Position numbers and translations under genes: made by a program. The notes below the pieces were generated by a model, which made no database searches, was not told the origin of the DNA, and saw only the letters and a program-made list of their open reading frames with translations. DNA of 64,000 bases from Roseibacillus sp. (GTDB lineage: Bacteria > Verrucomicrobiota > Verrucomicrobiia > Verrucomicrobiales > Akkermansiaceae), in contig CBDEUM010000012.1 in NCBI GenBank assembly GCA_965242925.1, forward strand, positions 96,001 through 160,000, written 5' to 3'. Shown piece after piece: positions 58,605 through 64,000 of the stretch (positions are counted from its first letter, which is position 1; every line of letters starts with the position of its first letter).

Positions 58605-59579
58605 TTATATTGCTTTCTCCTTCTTCTTGCCACGCAGGCTCATAACCTGGTCACGGTTGCGCAGGAGTGAGAGCGCCTTGAGAGTGGCTTTCACCACGTT
58701 GGAGGGATTGTTCGAGCCGAGCGACTTGCCAAGGACATCCTTGATGCCTACCGCCTCGCACACGGCACGCACCCCGCCACCAGCAATAATTCCCGTTCCC
58801 GGCGAAGCGGGCTTGAGGAGCACTTTGCCACCACCAAATTCCGCATAGATTTCATGAGGAATCGTGTCCCCGGCCAGAGTCATGGTCTCGAGGTTGCGCT
58901 TGGAATTATCACTCGCTTTGCGGATCGATTCGGCCACCTCGTTAGCTTTTCCAAAGCCATAACCCACCTTGCCGGCATGGTCGCCAGCCACCACCAGAGC
59001 GGAAAAGCTGAAACGACGTCCACCCTTTACGACCTTGGCGCAGCGATTAATGAAAACCACTTTCTCAGTGACTTCCTGACCTTCCTCGTCCCGAGGCGGT
59101 CCGCCGAAGCCGAAATCACGGCGCGATGGCACCGCGGCCGGAACAGGAGTAGCTGCCACGGTGGCCGGAGCGGCTGCCTCTGCCGGGGTTGCTGTCTCTG
59201 CCGGAGCCGCTTCCTCTGCCGGGGCTGCTGCCTCTGCCGGGGCTGCTGCCTCTGCCGGAGCCTGCTTCCTCTGCCGGAGCCGCTTCCTCTGCCGGAGCTG
59301 CTTCCTCTGCCGGAGCTGCTCCTCTGCCGGGGCTGCTGCCTCTGCCGGGGCTGCTTCCTCTGCCGGAGCTGCTTCCTCTGCCGGGGCTGCTTCCTCTGCC
59401 GGAGCTGCTGCCTCTGCCGGAGGCCGCTTCCTCTGCCGGGGCTGCTTCCTCTGCCGGGGCTGCTTCCTCTGCCGGGTTGCTGCTTCCTCTGCCGGGGTGG
59501 AAGGAGACTCCTCTACTGGTTTCTCCTCCGGAGCCGGAGTATCCTGATCGGAGGGCGGGGTGTCGTTACTGGTAGCCAT
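58605..59579 (-). CDS. rpsE: 30S ribosomal protein S5 with a ~165-aa repetitive N-terminal extension
   Basis: Core '[24 protein letters not shown]', 'PGTGIIAGG'; N-terminal (AEEAAP)n. Confidence 0.96.
   Translation of the reverse strand: MATSNDTPPSDQDTPAPEEKPVEESPSTPAEEAATRQRKQPRQRKQPRQRKRPPAEAAAPAEEAAPAEEAAPAEEAAPAEAAAPAEEQLRQRKQLRQRKRLRQRKQAPAEAAAPAEAAAPAEEAAPAETATPAEAAAPATVAATPVPAAVPSRRDFGFGGPPRDEEGQEVTEKVVFINRCAKVVKGGRRFSFSALVVAGDHAGKVGYGFGKANEVAESIRKASDNSKRNLETMTLAGDTIPHEIYAEFGGGKVLLKPASPGTGIIAGGGVRAVCEAVGIKDVLGKSLGSNNPSNVVKATLKALSLLRNRDQVMSLRGKKKEKAI
59164..59490. repeat. 18-bp minisatellite, 18 units (GCCGGRGCYGCTKCCTCT), inside rpsE
   Basis: 14 units of 18 nt plus four units of 19, 17, 19 and 20 nt; total 327 nt, in frame. 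Confidence 0.95.
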
Positions 59580-59592
59580 GATGAAGAGAGTT

Positions 59593-59949
59593 TTAAAATT
59601 TCAATCCGCCTTCCCGTGCAGCTTCGGCCAAAGCCTTGATCTTTCCGTGGTAAAGGTGGCCTCCACGGTCGAAGACGACGGCAGACACACTGGCTCCACC
59701 AGCCCGGGTTGCGATGAGGGCACCTACTTTCTCAGCCGTAGCAACATTTGAGCCTGAACCCTCAACCTCCTTGTCGAGGCTGGAGGCGGCGCAGAGCGTA
59801 CGTCCTCCCACGTCGTCGATAATCTGGGCGTAAATGTTCTTGTTGGAGTAATGCACCGCCAGACGGGGACAGCCTGCAGTCCCGGATACCTTTTTTCGGA
59901 TGCGCCGGTGGATCTTCCGCCGGATTTCCTTTCGATTCAGAATGCTCAT
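59593..59949 (-). CDS. rplR: 50S ribosomal protein L18
   Basis: '[17 protein letters not shown]', 'VFDRGG..YHGKI'. Confidence 0.97.
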   Translation of the reverse strand: MSILNRKEIRRKIHRRIRKKVSGTAGCPRLAVHYSNKNIYAQIIDDVGGRTLCAASSLDKEVEGSGSNVATAEKVGALIATRAGGASVSAVVFDRGGHLYHGKIKALAEAAREGGLKF

Positions 59950-59969
59950 GGTCTTTTTCAGCTAGGGGA

Positions 59970-60512
59970 TTACGCCTGAACGCTCTTGCCGGCCTTCCGG
60001 CGAACGTATTCTCCAACATAGCGGACTCCCTTGCCTTTATAGGGCTCGGGCGGATAGTAATTGCGCACCTCGGCCGCAAACTGGCCCACCACCTGCTTGT
60101 TCATTCCCTCTACCTTGATCTTGGTGTTGTCGGTCACTGTCACGGTAACTTCATCGGGAATGGGATGAAGGATGGGATGGGATTTCCCCAGGCTCAGATC
60201 GAGCTTTTTGCCCTTCACCGCAGCCCGGAATCCGACGCCCTGGATCTCCAACTCCTTGGCGAAACCATTGGAAACGCCTTCCACCATGTTGTTGATGAGA
60301 CTGCGGGCTGTGCCATGCAGGGCGCGAAGTTTGCGCTGATCGTTCTCACGCTTCACCGTTACTTCGCTGTCCCCCTGGTCAATGGATATACCGGGCGGCA
60401 ATTGCCATTCCAGCTTGCCCTTGGGGCCTTCCACCGTGACTTCCCCGTCATTACCGATGTTGATCGAAACCTTGTCGGGGAGGGAAATGTTCTTCTGTCC
60501 AACTCGTGACAT
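59970..60512 (-). CDS. rplF: 50S ribosomal protein L6
   Basis: 'MSRVG', 'GPKG.L', 'PEPYKGKGVRY'. Confidence 0.97.
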   Translation of the reverse strand: MSRVGQKNISLPDKVSINIGNDGEVTVEGPKGKLEWQLPPGISIDQGDSEVTVKRENDQRKLRALHGTARSLINNMVEGVSNGFAKELEIQGVGFRAAVKGKKLDLSLGKSHPILHPIPDEVTVTVTDNTKIKVEGMNKQVVGQFAAEVRNYYPPEPYKGKGVRYVGEYVRRKAGKSVQA

Positions 60513-60532
60513 TGTTCTATTCTGGGTTGGAG

Positions 60533-60931
60533 TTACCACACAAAGGCGAGCAATTCGCCGCCCACATTCTGGCGCTTGGCCTGCGATCCGGTCATGATTC
60601 CCCGGGACGTCGATACGATCGAAATCCCAAGGCCATTGAGAACACGAGGAATCTCCTGCGAGCCCACATAATGTCGCCGTCCCGGCTTGGAGACCTTCTT
60701 CAGATCGGTGAGAGCCGGGGTTCCGTCCATAAATTTGGTCTTCACCTGCAACTGGGGGAACTTTTCCGAGGTATCGACCTCGTAGCTCCAGATGTAGCCC
60801 TCTTCCTTGAGGACACGGGCGATCTCCGCCTTTGCCTTTGAGAATGGCGCGGAGAAGCGGTCATTCCCCGCCCGCGAAGCGTTCTTCAAGCGGGTCAGGA
60901 AATCGGAAATAGGATCTGAAAGGACAGCCAT
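60533..60931 (-). CDS. rpsH: 30S ribosomal protein S8
   Basis: 'DPISDFLTRLKNA', 'SKPGRR.Y', 'STSRG', 'GGE'. Confidence 0.97.
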   Translation of the reverse strand: MAVLSDPISDFLTRLKNASRAGNDRFSAPFSKAKAEIARVLKEEGYIWSYEVDTSEKFPQLQVKTKFMDGTPALTDLKKVSKPGRRHYVGSQEIPRVLNGLGISIVSTSRGIMTGSQAKRQNVGGELLAFVW

Positions 60932-60960
60932 GATTCAATCTGGTTCGTCGTTACTTGGGG

Positions 60961-61548
60961 TTAGGCCGCGGCTTCGGCGGCCTCCTGATCTTCCTGCGGC
61001 TGCGGCTTTCGGAAGGGAAAGCCCAGTGCATCGAGAAGAGCCTTCCCGTATTCGTTGTTGTCTGCGGTAGTCACAAAAATGATATCAAAGCCGAGGTTGC
61101 GCTTGATCTTATCGAGTTCCACTTCCGGAAAGATGGACTGATCGGAGACGCCAGCGGCATAGTTCCCCCTTCCATCAAAACTCTTCGGTGAGAATCCTCG
61201 AAAATCCCTAATGTTGGGAGTGGTAATGTGTACAAAGCGGTCCAGGAATTCCCACATGTGATTTCCCCGCAGGGTCACTCGGGCTCCCACCATCTCGCCC
61301 GCACGCACTTTGAAGTTGGCCACACTCTTACGGGCATAAACCACGCTCGGCTTCTGCCCCGTAATGCGGGAGATTTCTTCAACCGCGTCTTCCGTTGCAG
61401 TCTTCCGTTCGGACTGGGTATATCCGACGTGGCTGGTCACCACGATCTTGTTCAGCTTGGGCACCTGATTGACGTTCTTCAGGCCCAGCTCTTCCTGGAG
61501 CGCCGGAACGACGGTCTCCTTGTAGTATGTCAGTAGGGTTGGGGTCAT
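60961..61548 (-). CDS. rplE: 50S ribosomal protein L5
   Basis: 'ITGQKP', 'SVANFKVR.G', 'RDFRG', 'FDGRGNY'. Confidence 0.97.
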   Translation of the reverse strand: MTPTLLTYYKETVVPALQEELGLKNVNQVPKLNKIVVTSHVGYTQSERKTATEDAVEEISRITGQKPSVVYARKSVANFKVRAGEMVGARVTLRGNHMWEFLDRFVHITTPNIRDFRGFSPKSFDGRGNYAAGVSDQSIFPEVELDKIKRNLGFDIIFVTTADNNEYGKALLDALGFPFRKPQPQEDQEAAEAAA

Positions 61549-61647
61549 GGTAGCGGGTCAGCTTTGATTTCGGCTTAAGCGCACTCTTTAGTTAGCTGCA
61601 CAGATGACGGACTTACCACGGCGAAGCGGAGCAAATCCCGGTCCGGG

Positions 61648-61890
61648 TCAGTCGATTTTCTTGATCTTCTTGACGTTGGAAATGTGAATTGGCCCATCCT
61701 TCTCGAGGATTCCGCCATCGGGGTTCTGTTCAGAACGCCGCACGGATTTTTTCATCACGCGGACACCTTCCACGATGACTTGTTCGCGCTCGGCGTGCAC
61801 TTCAAGCACCTTACCTTGCTTGCCCTTGTAGTTGCCGGCAATGACCTTGACTTCATCACCGGGTTTTACGTGTGTCTTGATGCGGGCCAT
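61648..61890 (-). CDS. rplX: 50S ribosomal protein L24 (short form)
   Basis: KOW '[18 protein letters not shown]', 'PIHISNV'. Confidence 0.95.
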   Translation of the reverse strand: MARIKTHVKPGDEVKVIAGNYKGKQGKVLEVHAEREQVIVEGVRVMKKSVRRSEQNPDGGILEKDGPIHISNVKKIKKID

Positions 61891-61930
61891 GGGATGGAAA
61901 TGGATTGTTTAAGTAATTGATTCTCGCAGA

Positions 61931-62299
61931 TCAAAGAACTTCAGGAGCGAGAGAAACGATTTTCATGAAATTCTTTTCGCGGAGCTCACGAGCTACCGGA
62001 CCGAAAATGCGGGTGCCACGCGGGTTGCCATCCTTGTCAATGATGACGACCGCATTGCCGTCAAAACGGAGGATGGAGCCGTCGCGACGACGAATAGGGG
62101 CTGCCGTCCGGACGACCACGGCCTTCACCACCGAACCCTTCTTGATGGAGGCGGTGGGAATAGCTTCCCGCACGTGAGCAGTGATAATGTCGCCCACGTC
62201 GGCGCTCTTGTTGCCGCCCTTGCCGATGACTCCGATCATCTTGGCGATGCGGGCCCCCGTGTTGTCGGCGACTTCAACTTTGGATTCCATCTGGATCAT
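61931..62299 (-). CDS. rplN: 50S ribosomal protein L14
   Basis: 'VADNTGA', '[12 protein letters not shown]', 'SLAPEVL'. Confidence 0.98.
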   Translation of the reverse strand: MIQMESKVEVADNTGARIAKMIGVIGKGGNKSADVGDIITAHVREAIPTASIKKGSVVKAVVVRTAAPIRRRDGSILRFDGNAVVIIDKDGNPRGTRIFGPVARELREKNFMKIVSLAPEVL

Positions 62300-62334
62300 G
62301 GCTATGAGTGATGTAGGAGGTTGAAACGGGTGAC

Positions 62335-62601
62335 TTAGTGGTGGGAGAGAACCTCAGCAAGACGCCAGCGCTTGATCTTCGATATCGGACGGGTCTCTTC
62401 GATTCGCACCCTGTCTCCGACGGCCGCCTCTCCGTTCTCATCATGCGCATAGAATTTCTTCGTGCGCTTGATGATTTTCTTGAACTTCGGGTGTCGCACG
62501 CGGGCGATAAACTCCACCACGATGGTTTTATCCATCTTGATGGAAATCACATTTCCGACCCGCTGCTTACGCAGGCCCTGCTTCTTTTCTGTATCAGACA
62601 T
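62335..62601 (-). CDS. rpsQ: 30S ribosomal protein S17
   Basis: 'KMDKTIVV', 'AHDE', 'ETRPISK.KRW'. Confidence 0.97.
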   Translation of the reverse strand: MSDTEKKQGLRKQRVGNVISIKMDKTIVVEFIARVRHPKFKKIIKRTKKFYAHDENGEAAVGDRVRIEETRPISKIKRWRLAEVLSHH

Positions 62602-62610
62602 GGATCGAAA

Positions 62611-62850
62611 TCAGTTTGTTTCTGTTCGCTGGCCCTGCTCGGATGCCACTGTCTGGTGACGGCGATCGCTCAGGGTAGTCATCACACGAGCGGCTTCCCG
62701 ACGCACCAGGCGTAGACGGGCGCTGTTCTCCAGCTGCCCAGTCGATTGCTGGAGACGGAGGTTCAGTCCCTCCTGTTTGAGATCCCGCAGGCGCACCTGG
62801 AGTTCCTCAGTGCTCAGCTCGCGAATTTCGCTAATCTTGATTTGGGGCAT
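62611..62850 (-). CDS. rpmC: 50S ribosomal protein L29
   Basis: 'ELSTEEL...LK.E..NLR.Q..TGQL.N..R...VRR..AR..T'. Confidence 0.96.
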   Translation of the reverse strand: MPQIKISEIRELSTEELQVRLRDLKQEGLNLRLQQSTGQLENSARLRLVRREAARVMTTLSDRRHQTVASEQGQRTETN

Positions 62851-62888
62851 CGTTCTGGCGTTTGGTTAAAAGAAATGACGCTGGCGGC

Positions 62889-63311
62889 CTAGGCGGAGTG
62901 GTGGGAGCGGGAGACGAAGCGCGTGCGGATGCCAAGCTTGTAGGAAGCCAGGCGCATTGCTTCCCGGGCCGCGCTCTCAGGCACCCCGGCGATTTCGAAG
63001 AGCATTGTTCCGGGCCGAATCACAGCCACCCAGCCTTCCACCGGGCCCTTGCCCTTACCCATCCGCGTCTCGGGAGGGCGGGAAGTGATCGGCTTATGAG
63101 GAAAGACGCGAATCCATACTTTCCCTTTCCGACTGAGCTCGCGGTTGATCGCAACCCGGCAGGCTTCAATCTGGCGACTGCTCATCCAGCCCCGGTCAAG
63201 AGCCTGCAGACCGAAATCGCCAAAGCTGACGTTCACTCCACGGCTGGCATTGCCTCCCCGGTTGCCGCGTTGCGACTTGCGGTATTTAACACGTTTTGGA
63301 ATCTGTGCCAT
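62889..63311 (-). CDS. rplP: 50S ribosomal protein L16
   Basis: 'PKRVKYRK', 'RQIEACR', 'RMGKGKG'; AAGGA Shine-Dalgarno upstream. Confidence 0.98.
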   Translation of the reverse strand: MAQIPKRVKYRKSQRGNRGGNASRGVNVSFGDFGLQALDRGWMSSRQIEACRVAINRELSRKGKVWIRVFPHKPITSRPPETRMGKGKGPVEGWVAVIRPGTMLFEIAGVPESAAREAMRLASYKLGIRTRFVSRSHHSA

Positions 63312-63329
63312 ATTTCTGGTTCCTTAATA

Positions 63330-64000
63330 CTAGCTGGGTTTGTTGCCGCCGGTGGGAGCTCCCCCGCCCGGTCCAGGTCCACCAGGTCCACCAGGTCCAC
63401 CAGGTCCACCAGGTCCACCAGGTCCACCAGGTCCACCAGGTCCACCAGGTCCACCAGGTCCACCAGGTCCACCAGGTCCACCAGGTCCACCAGGTCCACC
63501 AGGTCCACAGGTCCACCAGGTCCACCAGGTCCACCAGGTCCACCAGGTCCACCAGGTCCACGTCCACCAGGTCCACCAGGTCCACGTCCACCAGGTCCGC
63601 CCGGTCCACGTCCACCAGGTCCCCGCCCGCCGCGACGATCATCCCGACGCTGGGGCCGGGATCCCCGGCTACCACCGCCCTCTTTCTCACTCTTCTCCTT
63701 GCGATTGATCCAGCACTTCACGCCAATGATCCCATAGACGGTCCTGGCTTCTGCAAATCCGTAGTCGATGGGCACCCGCAAGGTCTGCAGGGGGACTTTC
63801 CCTTCCCGGTACCACTCGGCCCGCGCGATATCGGAACCTCCGAGACGACCTGCACAGCGAATCCGGATCCCCTCCGCTCCAAAATCCATGGCCGTCTGGA
63901 GCGTACGCTTCATGGCGCGCCGGAAACTGATCCGGCGCTCCAACTGGACGGCGACGTTTTCGGCCACCAACTGAGCGTCGAGTTCCGGATCTCGGACTTC
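63330..64000 (-). CDS. rpsC: 30S ribosomal protein S3, 5'-truncated by the window edge, with a (GGP)n tail and one apparent 1-nt frameshift near 63505
   Basis: '[12 protein letters not shown]', 'VPLQTLR..IDYG', '[10 protein letters not shown]'. Restoring one base gives ...(GGP)[18 protein letters not shown](63330), just before the rplP Shine-Dalgarno. Confidence 0.93.
63370..63620. repeat. 9-bp tandem repeat GGTCCACCA, about 20 consecutive units plus GGRGP variants, in the rpsC 3' end
   Basis: 14 perfect units 63376-63501, one 8-nt unit 63502-63509, 5 perfect units 63510-63554, then 15-nt variants. Confidence 0.97.

Noticed and set aside
59164..63620. Tandem repeats as CRISPR arrays
   Set aside because: The units are contiguous 9- and 18-nt repeats with no unique spacers, lie inside ribosomal genes, and no cas genes are present.
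63340..63708. Collagen-like (GPP)n ORF on the + strand
   Set aside because: Antisense shadow of the rpsC GGP repeat; no independent start context or signal peptide.

Overview
A gene-dense, GC-rich chromosomal window, most likely from a free-living Verrucomicrobiota (PVC) bacterium. The placement is inferred from the PSD1/DUF1501 pair, a PVC-type CxxCH protein, an LTD-CotH protein, and a spc operon lacking rpsN and rpmD. Positions 1-23 kb are accessory: large secreted Ca-binding/lectin-like repeat proteins, a planctomycete cytochrome c-DUF1501 pair, two S9 peptidases, DUF885, an alginate-lyase-family gene and a TetR regulator. Positions 23-55 kb are mostly housekeeping: rpmH-rnpA-yidD-yidC-jag, trpB, bioD, cdaA, folP, an NtrBC-like pair, xseB-dxs-priA, an amidase and a PVC heme protein. 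Positions 55-64 kb are the S10/spc ribosomal cluster from rpsC (partial) to secY-adk-map. I found no tRNA, rRNA, CRISPR array, transposase or integrase. Best leads: (1) tandem-repeat extensions on both mRNA-entry-channel proteins uS3 and uS5, with self-compensating indels in uS5; (2) a recurrent TTGnnn-N16-YAnnnT promoter, often 6-7 nt before the start codon (leaderless); (3) a 50-aa TM-only CdaR-like gene overlapping cdaA; (4) an extra C-terminal TM segment on SecY; (5) a ~560-bp C-terminal domain plus terminator cassette shared by two adjacent surface-protein genes. All calls come from reading motifs by eye; no database searches were run.
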